A stretch of DNA of 64,000 nucleotides, from positions 23,104-87,103 of the forward strand of contig JADQBM010000054.1 in the NCBI GenBank assembly GCA_016278615.1. Direction: 5' to 3'. The stretch's first letter is position 1. The number at the start of each line of letters is the position of its first letter. The stretch comes from Clostridia bacterium (lineage in GTDB: Bacteria > Bacillota > Clostridia > Peptostreptococcales > JAAYPU01). Positions 18,240 through 29,052 of the stretch are shown in pieces. Both the position numbers and the translations under genes were made by a program. The notes below the pieces were generated by a model, which saw nothing but the letters and a program-made list of their open reading frames with translations, was not told the DNA's origin and made no database searches.

Positions 18240-18469
18240 GTCTTGCTTAATAAAGCTGGAATGACACCAAGCATGTCACGAGTAGGAAAATGTATTGATA
18301 ACAGACCGATGGAAGGGTTCTTTGGAATATTAAAATCAGAAATGTTTTATGGTAAAACTTTCAATCGTTAGAAGAATATATAAAGTTCTACAATGAAAAG
18401 AGATTTCAAAAAAGGCTAAAGTGCTTAGCTCCGATGGAATATCGAAACCAAGCACTCTTAATTGCATGA
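18240..18469 (+). pseudogene. IS3-family transposase (OrfB) C-terminal remnant
   Basis: Translates to VLLNKAGMTPSMSRVGKCIDNRPMEGFFGILKSEMFYGKTFNR, then a stop. After a frame change it continues EEYIKFYNEKRFQKRLKCLAPMEYRNQAL. This is the conserved tail of IS3/IS150 transposases, with an internal deletion and no upstream part. Confidence 0.7.
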
Positions 18470-18555
18470 TATTTAATTAATTCACCTGTCTACTTGACAT
18501 GGGTCAGTTCATATCCTCGGTTTTCCTATTTGAATTAAGTATAATCAAAAGTGAT

Positions 18556-19839
18556 TTATAAAACCGTTACCCTCTCAAATGAATATTTCTCAAATTCTTT
18601 ATCATTAATAATTCTTTCAAGGATTTCCACCAACCGATATACTTCTTCATAAGAAACGTATAAAGCAACCGGCGCTAAACGAATAACATTTGGTTCACGA
18701 TAGTCAGGAATCACCTTATTATCACGTAGAGCTAGGCTTATTCGATAGGCTTCATGATGCTCCAAACAAATATGTCCACCCCGACGTTGATCTTCTCGGG
18801 GATTGCCAATAGAATAACCATACTTAGATAATTTGTTATCGATTAAGTACATTAGATATGCTGTAATATGCAATGATTTAGCACGAATTTTTTCTATTCC
18901 AACCTCATTAAAGATATTTAGAACGCCATCTAAGGGTGCCATTGAAAATATGTTATGAGTTCCTAGTAGCCATCCATTTGCATCCTTATCTTGATCAAAA
19001 TCATGATTCATTAGAAATTGGCTTTCATCCTTATTTCCAAACCATCCTTTAAGACCTGCACTCATACCAAAGTGCTTTCTATTTATATACATACCAGCTG
19101 TAGCCCCTGGTCCAGAATTTAAATATTTATATGAACACCACACAGCAAAATCAGGATCAATGCTTTTAAAGTCATGAGGGACACAACCAATTGAATGAGC
19201 TAAGTCCCATCCTATTATAATGCCACGCTTATGAGCCTCCTTAGTAATCAGCTCCATATTTATAAGTTGCGAGCTACGATATAAAACCGATGGTAATAGT
19301 ATCAATGCTACATCTTCATCCATTTTGGATATAATATCTTCTTCCGAAAGGGTAAGGCCATCCTTGCTTTTGACTTTGACTAATACATCTTCTGCCTTAT
19401 AACCTTTAAGGTCGATCATACTCTTAGTTGCATAAATATCTGTAGGAAAATTTAATTCATCAACAAGGATTTTATATTTATTCTCTGTTGGCGCATAGAA
19501 AGTAGCGATTCCCTGATGGATATTAGTTGTGATACTTCCCATTATGATGATTTCATCTGCATCTGCATTAATAAGATATTTTAGTTTTTCTGCAATATTT
19601 TTAGAAAAGTTAAAATAGCGACCGTTTTCAGCACCCCAGATTTTTATTGCTTCTTGTCGCCAGATATTAAAAACATTTAATAAGGCTTCCTCAGCATCCT
19701 TAGAGCTTAATCCTAATGAGTTTCCATCCATATAGATTTCGCCTTCATTTAGATAAAAACGGTCTCGAACATAATGGAGTGAATCTGATTTATCCAATTC
19801 TTTAGCAAAGGCTAACCCATCTTTAAAGACATATCCCAT
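18556..19839 (-). CDS. kynU: Kynureninase (PLP-dependent)
   Basis: GWDLAHSIGCVPHDF and AVWCSYKYLNSGPGATAGMYINRKH match the kynureninase signature region. The length of 427 aa fits. Confidence 0.75.
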   Translation of the reverse strand: MGYVFKDGLAFAKELDKSDSLHYVRDRFYLNEGEIYMDGNSLGLSSKDAEEALLNVFNIWRQEAIKIWGAENGRYFNFSKNIAEKLKYLINADADEIIIMGSITTNIHQGIATFYAPTENKYKILVDELNFPTDIYATKSMIDLKGYKAEDVLVKVKSKDGLTLSEEDIISKMDEDVALILLPSVLYRSSQLINMELITKEAHKRGIIIGWDLAHSIGCVPHDFKSIDPDFAVWCSYKYLNSGPGATAGMYINRKHFGMSAGLKGWFGNKDESQFLMNHDFDQDKDANGWLLGTHNIFSMAPLDGVLNIFNEVGIEKIRAKSLHITAYLMYLIDNKLSKYGYSIGNPREDQRRGGHICLEHHEAYRISLALRDNKVIPDYREPNVIRLAPVALYVSYEEVYRLVEILERIINDKEFEKYSFERVTVL

Positions 19840-20286
19840 TGCATATACCTCCTTATAGTAACATTCATAAATCTATCTTTTTAAGTTATTTATTGATTAT
19901 TATTTTAATATAAAAATTATAAAATTGATAGATGTCACTTTGGAGATAATGGTAATAGCGATAGTAATAACAGACTAATTAAAACCGTAGGCGATATTGA
20001 AATAACTTTAATTGTACATGGAGAAGCAATAAAAAGTATATAATAAAACTTGATTCGACAGAATGGCATTTTTATTCTAAAATATAATAGTATTTAGATA
20101 AAACTCTAATAAAAAGGAGACGTAAATGTGAGACGATTCTTTTTAGGAAAAGCAATTGGTACGATTATCGTTTTTGGGATTTTAGGCATCTATTTATTGT
20201 TGAGATATTTGCTACAGCTTTTTTAGAATCAGATAATTAGTACCCATAAATATAAAAAAAATAGGGATTCCAATGGAGGGATTATA

Positions 20287-20940
20287 ATGAATCAAGTCTA
20301 TGCACCGGGTTGTGCGCTTATGATCTATAAACCTAAGCTGGCAAAGAAAATGTTGAAGTTTTTAAATGAGAATTTAAATGTCATGCCTGAGCACTTAATT
20401 TGTTGTAAACATGAGCCTAATCTCGAAAGCCATACGAAGGTAATAAATACCTGTGCAGGTTGTGACAGAAGGTATAGAGAACTTTATGAGGGAATATCTA
20501 CAATCTCTCTATGGGAAATAATAGCTGACAGTAAAACTTTTCCGTTTCCTAACTACAAGGGCATGGAAATGACCATTCATGATGCTTGTCCGACACGTAC
20601 GGAAGAAAGAGTGCATTTTGCAATTAGAAGACTTCTTGAAAAGATGAATATAAAGTGGATAGAACCCAAAAATACAGGCACAAAGGCCATCTGCTGTGGG
20701 GATAGTTTTTATGGTGTTTTGCCAGTAGAGCAAGTCAAAGAGCAGATGAAGAAACGTGGGGATGAAATGCCGTGCAATGATGTAGTGGTATACTGTGTTT
20801 CCTGTATTAAATCCATGCACATCGGAGGGAAAAAGCCGCGCTATATCATAGATCTTCTTTTTGGAGAGGATACTGAGATTGGTACATTTGAGCCGGATTT
20901 ATGGCATGATGAATTGCAAAGATTCATTGATGCGCACTAA
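20287..20940 (+). CDS. CCG-domain (HdrB/LutA-like) cysteine-rich Fe-S protein
   Basis: Two Cys-rich half-domains. The second shows C-x34-CC-x32-CxxC (DACPTR ... AICCGDS ... YCVSC). Confidence 0.5.
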   Translation: MNQVYAPGCALMIYKPKLAKKMLKFLNENLNVMPEHLICCKHEPNLESHTKVINTCAGCDRRYRELYEGISTISLWEIIADSKTFPFPNYKGMEMTIHDACPTRTEERVHFAIRRLLEKMNIKWIEPKNTGTKAICCGDSFYGVLPVEQVKEQMKKRGDEMPCNDVVVYCVSCIKSMHIGGKKPRYIIDLLFGEDTEIGTFEPDLWHDELQRFIDAH

Positions 20941-21073
20941 TAATAAAGGGCGCTAATGGAGCGGAGCTTTTTAGAAGGATTCAATCACAAATTATTTTCA
21001 AATAAGACTTGACATTTTCATGAGATAATTTATAATCATTTATAGACCGACCGTCGGTAGAGAGGAGCATGGT

Positions 21074-21706
21074 ATGAAATCAGTCAAAGAAGGTGAAGTA
21101 CGAAAAAAAGAGATTCTGGTTGTAGCGCGAGAATTATTCATCACGAAAGGGTATGAACAAACTTCTGTTAACGACATTTTAAAGATTGTAGATATAGCCA
21201 AAGGCACCTTTTACTATTATTTTGCTTCCAAGGAAGAAGTACTGGAGGCAATCATTCTTGATATCGTTGAGGAGGGAGCAAGGAGGGCAGAGATGATTCT
21301 AAAGGATAAATCCATTCCATTGGTAAATCGTATTATGATGGCGATAATGGCACAGGCTCCGGAATTCGAGGGATCCGATGAGATAAAGGAAGAAATTCAT
21401 AAAGTTGAGAATGTAAAACTGGAACAGTTATATTTAAGGGCAATGCTCAAGCGTATGACACCGGTTTTAAATGAAACTGTTTTAGAAGGTATTGATCAGG
21501 ATATTTTCCATATGGCGTATCCCACGGAATGCATAGAATCCATTTTGCTCTTGGGCCATATGATGTTTGATTGCGATGTTTTCGAGTGGGAAAAGGAAGA
21601 TTACCCAAAGAAAATACAGGCATTTTTGAGTAATGCAGAAAAAATGCTGGGGACAAAAGAAGGGGAACTTAAAAGCTTTTTACAGATGTTCGGGCAGATG
21701 TCATAG
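21074..21706 (+). CDS. TetR family transcriptional regulator
   Basis: N-terminal HTH TSVNDILKIVDIAKGTFYYYFASKEEVL. Confidence 0.85.
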   Translation: MKSVKEGEVRKKEILVVARELFITKGYEQTSVNDILKIVDIAKGTFYYYFASKEEVLEAIILDIVEEGARRAEMILKDKSIPLVNRIMMAIMAQAPEFEGSDEIKEEIHKVENVKLEQLYLRAMLKRMTPVLNETVLEGIDQDIFHMAYPTECIESILLLGHMMFDCDVFEWEKEDYPKKIQAFLSNAEKMLGTKEGELKSFLQMFGQMS

Positions 21707-21846
21707 AGGGCAGGGCATCTATAAAAACTTTTTTTTACTAACTAACCGACCGAGGGTCGTTAGAATGATAATGGAATGAAATGAAATATTTACAGTTAAA
21801 GTTTTAAATATAATATAGATTTTTTTAAGGTTTAGGGAGGATATCG

Positions 21847-23166
21847 ATGAATCAATGGGACGAAATACAAAACACTGAAATAAAAAGTCGGAAAAAGGCA
21901 ATGAAGAAGTTTATGATACTGTTGGCCGGCCAGCTGATATCAAGTATCGGCAGCGGATTAACCGCCTTTGGCCTTGTTATCTATGTACTGTCATTGACAG
22001 GATCTGTTACAGCTACTGCTATTGTTAGCATTTGCGCATTCCTGCCATCCATTCTTTTGGCTCCTGTGGGTGGTGTCTTGGCCGATCATTATGACAGAAG
22101 GGTGATGATGATTCTCGGGGAAATGTTTTCCGGCTTTGGATTAGTCATATGCTTGGTCACCATTATGAGTGCAAATCCTTCACTTGTGTTAATCTGCGTT
22201 GGGGTAGGTGTCAGTTCCTTGTTTACGGCTTTGATGGAACCGGCATTTAAGGCGACCATTACGGATTTATTATGGGAAGAAGATTTTGCTAAGGCGGGTG
22301 GAATGGTTCAAATCGCAAACAATGCCAAACTATTAATTTCCCCAGCTATTGCAGGAGTATTGTTACAGATTACGACTGTAAGTACCCTGATAATCATCGA
22401 TATGCTTACTTTTTTTATAACGGCATTTATTATAGTGGCTGTAAAGAAAGGCATGGTTACAAAACTCAAGGAAAATGCTGGTTTGAGCTTTCTCAAGGAA
22501 ATAAAGGAAGGTATTGCAGCATTACGTGGGAAAAGCGGTATTGTAGCAATGATTGTGGTTATGACAATTGTGGTTTTCTGCCTTGGTTTCGTACAGATTT
22601 TAAGCAAGCCACTTATACTTGCTTTCGCAGGTGAAATAGAACTGGGTATTCTTGCGACAGTTAGTGCATGGGGCATGATGGCTGGAAGTATCATAATCAG
22701 CTCCATGGTGAAAGCAAAATCTTATGTGAGGATGCTTTCCATCGGATTGTTCGGTTGTGGCATTTTTTTTGCACTGATGGGCGTTAAGGAAAATCTGTTT
22801 TTGATTGCAACATTCGGATTTATGATGTTTGCATTTATGCCGGCTGTTCAGATTGGTGCGGAAGTCTTGATACGTAATAATCTTTCCAATGAAGTACAGG
22901 GTCGAGCTTTTGGGTTGATAAGTTTTATTACTCAGATGGGTTACGTCTTTGCTTATGTTTTGTCAGGAGTTCTTTCGGATTATGTTTTTGAGCCGTTTAT
23001 GTCTGGTAACAGTTTGTTCGCCATAAAAATAGGGGAAGTAATCGGTACCGGACCAGGGAGAGGAATTGCACTGCTGATATTGGTTGCAGGCATGACACTG
23101 GCAACTGTAGGAATCGTTGTTTTTAGACTGAAAAGTGTAAAAACATTAGAGGGAGGAATAATTTAG
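21847..23166 (+). CDS. MFS transporter
   Basis: About 12 predicted hydrophobic helices. LADHYDRR loop motif. SD GGGAGG lies 6 nt before the ATG. Confidence 0.75.
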   Translation: MNQWDEIQNTEIKSRKKAMKKFMILLAGQLISSIGSGLTAFGLVIYVLSLTGSVTATAIVSICAFLPSILLAPVGGVLADHYDRRVMMILGEMFSGFGLVICLVTIMSANPSLVLICVGVGVSSLFTALMEPAFKATITDLLWEEDFAKAGGMVQIANNAKLLISPAIAGVLLQITTVSTLIIIDMLTFFITAFIIVAVKKGMVTKLKENAGLSFLKEIKEGIAALRGKSGIVAMIVVMTIVVFCLGFVQILSKPLILAFAGEIELGILATVSAWGMMAGSIIISSMVKAKSYVRMLSIGLFGCGIFFALMGVKENLFLIATFGFMMFAFMPAVQIGAEVLIRNNLSNEVQGRAFGLISFITQMGYVFAYVLSGVLSDYVFEPFMSGNSLFAIKIGEVIGTGPGRGIALLILVAGMTLATVGIVVFRLKSVKTLEGGII

Positions 23167-23167
23167 A

Positions 23168-25498
23168 ATGAAATTATTACAAAATCTTGTCTGGAAGGAC
23201 TTTAAGAGAAACAAGGTCATCACAACTGTTTTGGCGGTATTTCTGGTTCTTTCGGCTCTTTTTATGGCAGGCGGCTTAAGGGTGACAGGTACAATGATAT
23301 CTTCGCTTAACGGGTTAAATGAACTGGCTGTGCCGCCCCAATACATGATCATGCATAAGGGAACCTATGATGAGGGAGCCTTTGAAAATTTTGTGAAAAC
23401 CCATGATTATATTAAAGATTCGCTAATAGTCAAGATGCTTGATATTAGCAATGCAAATATTATTTATCAGGGTGAAACCATGGAAAAGTGTCTCATGGAT
23501 AACGGTTTCGTTATTCAGAATAAAGGATTTGATTTTCTCCTTAATATGGATAATGAAATTGCTGTTGTTCAGGAGGGAGAAATCGGGGTTCCTGTTTATT
23601 ATGGTGAGGAGCTTGGTATTCAGGTGGGAGATGTCATCACATTGCATGAAGGCGATTATCGTAAGGAGTTGACTGTATCAACAATCATTCGTGATTCAAC
23701 GATGAACGCAGCACTTACATCTTCAAAGCGTTTCCTAATTAGTCAGGCAGATCTTGATGAAATAAGTCTTCACATGGGAGAATGGGAATACTGTTTTGAA
23801 TTCCTATTAGGGGAGGGTACATCTACGTCGGTATTGGAGAAGGATTATATGGATGCGGGCATGCCTAGAAACGGGGTTGCTGTAACAGGCAGCCTTCTTT
23901 CCATGCTGAATAATCTTTCTTATGGACTGGTAGCATTTATAATCATCGCCATCAGTATTCTCTTAATAATGATAGCAATCTTGTGTTTATCTTATATTAT
24001 TCGGGCAACCATGGCAGAAGAGAATTACACTATCGGGGAAATGAAAGCCATTGGATTTTCAGGAAAAGCGATTGCGGAATTATATCAGATGAAATATGTA
24101 ATGCTTGTGCTAGTAGCGGGTGCCATAGGTTATCTGGCAGCCATTCCCTTTGGAGATTTCTTTTCATCTTCGGTTATTAAGTACTGCGGATATGGTACGG
24201 TTGAGTGGATGAAATGGGTATTTCCTTTCATCGGAGTTATTCTACTTAGTCTGATCGTAATGATGAGATGCCGCAGAATCATTCGCAAGAATTTAAAAAG
24301 TACTGTTATGGAACTGATGCGTGGAGAAGAGAAGATAAAAAAAGAAGGGCACTATTCTTTACCTTCTTCAGGGCTAAAAAATCGCAATCTCACCATAGCA
24401 ATGGGTGAATTTAAATGTAAATGGAAGGAATATTTCGTTATCTTTTTCGTATTTATATTTTCATCATTTTTAATTCTACTTCCCATGAATATGAAGAATA
24501 CCATTGAAAACCCATCTTTTATTTCTTATATGGGTGTAGGAGAATGTGATATTCGTATTGATATCCAGTACAGTGAGAAACTGGCGGAACAAAAAGATGC
24601 GGCTATTTCATATCTGGAGAATGATTCGGAAATTGAAAAGTATGCAATTTATCAAAATGGTTACGTACAGTTACAGAATGCGGAGGGAGAATGGGAATAC
24701 ATTCGAGTGGTAAGTGGTGATGAATCTATTTTTCCATTGGCCTATCTTGAGGGAAGGGCACCGGATGACAGTAAAGAAATGGCACTCTCTTATCTGAATG
24801 CCACCGAATTAGGAAAAGAAGTTGGCGATTCCCTGGCGGTTATTTATCAGGGGGAAGAACTTTTGTTTAACGTCTCCGGGATTTATCAGGATATTACTTA
24901 CGGTGGCAAGACTGCCAAAGCAGCCATTGACTTTGATGAAAAAGATGTGGAGGTCTATATAATTTATTTGGATGTCAGTGACGGTGTCACTATACAGGAA
25001 AAGACGGGTGAACTTCGAAGTATTTTGACAGATAGTAAAATAACCCCCATCAGTGAGTTCATTTCCCAGACCCTTGGGGGTATTACGGATAACATGGGCC
25101 TGGTTGAAGGTGCAGCCATCTTGATTTCATTGCTGTTAATCATGCTTATTACCGTGATGATTTTGCAGCTTATCACAGCGAGGGAACACAGTGCAATCGC
25201 AATCAAGAAAGCAATTGGTTTTTCAAACCGAGATATCAGAATACAGTTTGGAATACGGATTCTTATGATTCAATTCGTGGCAATCGTTGTGGGAACCATC
25301 CTCGCAAACTCTTTGGGAGAAGAAATTTTCGGATGGATGCTTTCATCTATGGGCGCAACAAAAATAACCATGTTAGTTGACCCGGTTAAGGCCTACCTGC
25401 TTTGCCCTGCAGCGCAACTACTTGTAGTCTTTTTCACAGTGATTGTGGCAACCAATGTTGTCAGAAAATATCATATCAGAGATCAAATAATGGAATAA
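23168..25498 (+). CDS. ABC transporter permease, FtsX/MacB-type with large extracytoplasmic domains
   Basis: 776 aa with two FtsX-like 4-TM blocks separated by soluble domains. It is adjacent to the ATPase gene. Confidence 0.7.
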   Translation: MKLLQNLVWKDFKRNKVITTVLAVFLVLSALFMAGGLRVTGTMISSLNGLNELAVPPQYMIMHKGTYDEGAFENFVKTHDYIKDSLIVKMLDISNANIIYQGETMEKCLMDNGFVIQNKGFDFLLNMDNEIAVVQEGEIGVPVYYGEELGIQVGDVITLHEGDYRKELTVSTIIRDSTMNAALTSSKRFLISQADLDEISLHMGEWEYCFEFLLGEGTSTSVLEKDYMDAGMPRNGVAVTGSLLSMLNNLSYGLVAFIIIAISILLIMIAILCLSYIIRATMAEENYTIGEMKAIGFSGKAIAELYQMKYVMLVLVAGAIGYLAAIPFGDFFSSSVIKYCGYGTVEWMKWVFPFIGVILLSLIVMMRCRRIIRKNLKSTVMELMRGEEKIKKEGHYSLPSSGLKNRNLTIAMGEFKCKWKEYFVIFFVFIFSSFLILLPMNMKNTIENPSFISYMGVGECDIRIDIQYSEKLAEQKDAAISYLENDSEIEKYAIYQNGYVQLQNAEGEWEYIRVVSGDESIFPLAYLEGRAPDDSKEMALSYLNATELGKEVGDSLAVIYQGEELLFNVSGIYQDITYGGKTAKAAIDFDEKDVEVYIIYLDVSDGVTIQEKTGELRSILTDSKITPISEFISQTLGGITDNMGLVEGAAILISLLLIMLITVMILQLITAREHSAIAIKKAIGFSNRDIRIQFGIRILMIQFVAIVVGTILANSLGEEIFGWMLSSMGATKITMLVDPVKAYLLCPAAQLLVVFFTVIVATNVVRKYHIRDQIME

Positions 25499-25509
25499 GG
25501 AGTCGAGCC

Positions 25510-26238
25510 ATGATTAGAGTTGAACAAATAAGTAAATCTTTTAAAGATACTAAAGTTTTGAATAATATATCTTTTGAAATAAAAAAAGGAGACTTCGTTG
25601 CAGTTATGGGACCTTCTGGTTCTGGTAAGTCAACGCTTCTCTACAGTATCAGCGGTATGGATAGCATTAATGACGGAAGCGTATTGTTTGAAGGAATAAA
25701 CATATCCCAAATGCAGGAAGATGAGTTATCCGGATTCCGGTTAAACAAAATGGGATTTGTATTTCAGAATGCGCAGTTGTTAAAGAATCTTTCTATCTTT
25801 GATAATATTATATTACCCGGTCTTGTAGCCAAAAAAGAATTGGCGGAGGACATAAGGAAACGTGCATGGTCATTGATGAAGCGAATGGAAATTGAAGGAA
25901 TCGAAGAGCGTGATATCCGGGAAGTTTCCGGCGGACAGTTACAACGGGCTTCCATTTGCCGTGCCATGATCAATAATCCAGAAATTCTGTTTTTGGATGA
26001 ACCTACAGGAGCTCTGAATTCTGGAGCCACAGATCAGGTATTGGCAATTCTGGAAGATTTGAATCGCGATGGAATGACCATAATGACCGTTACCCATGAT
26101 CCCCTTGTTGCCGCCAAAGCTAAGAAAGTAATCTATATCATTGACGGGCAGATTGCTGGTTGTAAGAAATTCTCAGTGGGTGCAGACCGACAAAGAGAAC
26201 TGGACGAATGGTTAAAGGGATTCCAATCAAAGGCATAA
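25510..26238 (+). CDS. ABC transporter ATP-binding protein (MacB/LolD-like)
   Basis: GPSGSGKSTLL (Walker A), VSGGQLQRASICRAM (signature), LFLDEPTGALN (Walker B). The start is MIRVEQ at 25510, after SD AAGGAG. The track start at 25402 overlaps the permease. Confidence 0.85.
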   Translation: MIRVEQISKSFKDTKVLNNISFEIKKGDFVAVMGPSGSGKSTLLYSISGMDSINDGSVLFEGINISQMQEDELSGFRLNKMGFVFQNAQLLKNLSIFDNIILPGLVAKKELAEDIRKRAWSLMKRMEIEGIEERDIREVSGGQLQRASICRAMINNPEILFLDEPTGALNSGATDQVLAILEDLNRDGMTIMTVTHDPLVAAKAKKVIYIIDGQIAGCKKFSVGADRQRELDEWLKGFQSKA

Positions 26239-26663
26239 CATTACGAATAGCGACGGTGACTTTTTCACCAGTTGTTTCTTCGACTGTGTCTTTAAAGCAT
26301 CGTCAAATAAATTTTTACATTCAGTATTTGATGGTTTTTCTTCAAAAATTTCATTCATTTTCATAATTGCTTATTGAAAACACATACAATATTTAATAAA
26401 ATTAAAAAATTGAGAGGAAATTTATGTTATTTTGTCGTATAATACGATTATGTAACATAATTAGTAAATTGTTGCATATGTCCATGCTTTTATAGGACAT
26501 TTAATAAAACTATATAGCTCCGAATGGGGGCTTTTATATTTGTATCAACTAATTATTAAGCCGATCTTGTGATTTTGTTTAAATAGATTAAATAATAAAT
26601 GAACAAAAAAAGGAGGTAAATAGCCATATTTGTTACTACTCAGATTTTAATAGGGGTGAAGTT

Positions 26664-28727
26664 ATGGAAAAGAGAAAAAATGAAAAAATGAATGTATTTA
26701 AGAATGCGAAAATAGGTTTAAAGGTAAAAATGCTTACAGGTATCATCATTGCTTTATTGATTAGTCCACCCATTGCAGTTTTTATTAATGGATGGATACA
26801 AAAAATAGATTTGATTAGCGGAAACTTATCTGTCTACATATCTACAGGAATTAATCTATTGGTTGTATCAGTCATTATAATGGTTGAACTTAATCTGTTT
26901 ATATTAAAACCGCTGAATAGAATTAAAATAGTAGCAACGAAATTAGCAGAAGGGGACATAAATGTAGATATTTCTCAACAATCCTCCGATGAGGTAGGCG
27001 AGCTTATGCAAACATTGAAGCGGATGATTGATAATATCGCTGAGCAGGCAAGAAATGCTGAAAAAATAGCAGAAGGGGACCTTACTTTAAGCATAGAACC
27101 AAAATCAGATAAGGATGTATTGGCTCTAAGTATGAAAAAAGTCGTTCAGGAATTAAAAAATTTGGTAGAGGAATCCATCCTTCTATCAGATGCAGCCATT
27201 GAAGGGAATCTTGAGGTGCGTGGCGATACAGACAAACTTCAAGGTGGGTATAAAGATATTATTACTGGCATGAATAGAACCTTGGATGCAATTTTAGATC
27301 CATTGCAAATTGGAATAAGTTTCATTTCAGGTTTAGCTGCAGGAACCCAAATGGATTATATTCCAGACACAAATAAATATAATGGCCTTTATAAAGAGCT
27401 AATAATAAACTTGAATAGTGTTTTAGAGGCATTATTACTAATGTTAAATGAAGTAGGTGGCTTAACAAAAGCTTCCGTAGAAGGAGATTTATCTTATCGA
27501 GCAGATACTTCTAAGCTTAGAGGTGGATATGTTGATATTGTAGGAGGCATTAATGAAACATTAGATGCTGTTATTGAACCAGTACAAGAGGCATCAACGG
27601 TATTAGAAGAGATGACAAAAGGTAATTTAAGTGCAAGAGTGCAGGGAGAATATAGAGGGGATCATGCAAAAATCAAGAATGCCCTAAACTTTACAGGGGA
27701 GACCATAAAAGGATACATAAATGAGATTTCTAATAGCTTAGAAGACATGTCAGAAAAAGATTTTACAGGTGGCATAGAACGGGAATATATAGGAGACTTT
27801 ATCAAGCTCAAAGATTCTATTAATAATATATTAGAGCAATTCAACACAGTTCTTTTAGAAATTAATGCTTCAGCAGAGCAAGTTGAATCCGGTGCGGATC
27901 AAGTGGCTTCTTCTAGCCAAGGATTGTCTCAAGGGTCCTCGGAGCAAGCGGGTTCTGTAGAAGAAATCGGTGCAACTATCACCCAAGTAACAGAACAAAC
28001 TAAGAAGAATGCTGAAAACGCAACCAAGGCCAATGACTTATCGGTGAAAGCTAAAGCAGATGCAGAAAGTGGCAATAGGCAAATGGCAGAAATGCTAAAC
28101 GCTATGAATGAAATAAAAGACTCCTCAAAAAATATTTCAAACATCATAAAAGTCATTGATGAAATTGCTTTTCAGACCAATATATTAGCATTAAATGCAG
28201 CCGTAGAAGCAGCCAGAGCAGGAGAACACGGGAAAGGCTTTGCCGTGGTAGCAGAAGAAGTGAGAAACCTTGCGGCAAGGAGTGCTGAAGCAGCAAAAGA
28301 GACAACGGAATTGATTGATAATTCTATCAATAAGGTGGATGAAGGTTATAAAATGGCCAATGATACAGCAGAAGCTTTAGGGCAGATTGTAACAGGTGTT
28401 ACCAATGCAGAAGAAATTGTTGGGATGATAGCAGATGCCTCAAACGAGCAGGCCAAAGCAATAGGGGAAATCAATCAAGGCATCGAACAAATTTCCCAAG
28501 TAACCCAAAGCAATACCGCCACAGCAGAAGAAAGTGCATCTGCCAGTGAAGAAATGTCTGGACAAGCGCAGATGTTAAAAGCATTGATTCAGGAATTCCG
28601 ACTTAGAGATACGGGCAAAAAATTATCTGGGAGCACCATTAGTAACAAAAAAATTCAAGCACCAAGAGCAAGTGAAAAGGCAGACATCGAAATATCTTTA
28701 GACGATGACAGCTTTGGAAAATACTAA
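26664..28727 (+). CDS. Methyl-accepting chemotaxis protein (poly-HAMP type)
   Basis: N-terminal TM pair, HAMP-like repeats, and the conserved signalling hairpin [37 protein letters not shown]. Confidence 0.9.
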   Translation: MEKRKNEKMNVFKNAKIGLKVKMLTGIIIALLISPPIAVFINGWIQKIDLISGNLSVYISTGINLLVVSVIIMVELNLFILKPLNRIKIVATKLAEGDINVDISQQSSDEVGELMQTLKRMIDNIAEQARNAEKIAEGDLTLSIEPKSDKDVLALSMKKVVQELKNLVEESILLSDAAIEGNLEVRGDTDKLQGGYKDIITGMNRTLDAILDPLQIGISFISGLAAGTQMDYIPDTNKYNGLYKELIINLNSVLEALLLMLNEVGGLTKASVEGDLSYRADTSKLRGGYVDIVGGINETLDAVIEPVQEASTVLEEMTKGNLSARVQGEYRGDHAKIKNALNFTGETIKGYINEISNSLEDMSEKDFTGGIEREYIGDFIKLKDSINNILEQFNTVLLEINASAEQVESGADQVASSSQGLSQGSSEQAGSVEEIGATITQVTEQTKKNAENATKANDLSVKAKADAESGNRQMAEMLNAMNEIKDSSKNISNIIKVIDEIAFQTNILALNAAVEAARAGEHGKGFAVVAEEVRNLAARSAEAAKETTELIDNSINKVDEGYKMANDTAEALGQIVTGVTNAEEIVGMIADASNEQAKAIGEINQGIEQISQVTQSNTATAEESASASEEMSGQAQMLKALIQEFRLRDTGKKLSGSTISNKKIQAPRASEKADIEISLDDDSFGKY

Positions 28728-28771
28728 AATTTACGGTCTACAATAAATCATTAAATATTTAAAATTATTTA

Positions 28772-28811
28772 AAGCCAAAGGTACCTCATATGAGAGTTCC
28801 GTTGGCTTTTT
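28772..28811 (+). terminator. Hairpin terminator after the first MCP gene
   Basis: AAGCCAA ... TTGGCTT outer stem with inner pairing, followed by TTTTT. Confidence 0.55.
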
Positions 28812-29052
28812 AAACTTAAATAATAAAACAGCAGAGATAAAAATTAAAGGAAATAAATACAACAAAATAGTATTAGTAAAAAAATGTAAAAAAAGAGGTA
28901 AAATGGAAAATGTTGTCGAAAATATACTATTGTAAAAATTTGTATTTACATTTTTTTTATGCCTAAATTTAAAAAAGGGGGTTTAGTTCAAAGGAAGGGA
29001 AAGACGCTTTTATACTAATAATCAAAAAATAATTATAGGAGGACTATATTCA

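Noticed and set aside
25402-25509. N-terminal extensions in the ORF track (25402, 42629, 45690, 17355, 60262, 36011, 32767, 31754, 62185, 52184, 2727)
   Set aside because: The extended starts overlap upstream genes or repeats, or lack an SD. In each case an internal start with a proper SD matches the expected family N-terminus.
26239-26364. Minus-strand mini-ORF (MKMNEIFEEKPSNTECKNLFDDALK..., about 45 aa) after the ABC ATPase gene
   Set aside because: It has no SD and it runs into the 3' end of the convergent ATPase gene. It has no recognisable motif.
27929-28156. Antisense ORFs inside the MCP signalling domains (27929-28156, 30897-31301, 34566-34979, 33168-33617)
   Set aside because: They recur only because the MCP genes are paralogous. 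Ala/Glu-rich sense codons yield open antisense frames. They have no start context. The same reasoning applies to the other nested antisense ORFs in the track.
28914-28920. TGTCGAA (Spo0A-box consensus) or SigD-like -10 elements upstream of MCP genes (28914, 32534 on the minus strand) and of the hydantoinase gene (39185 on the minus strand)
   Set aside because: On a uniform-composition estimate, a 7-mer is expected about 8 times by chance on both strands of a 64-kb window. The SigD -35 TAAA is good at only one site. This is not enough support to call regulatory sites.
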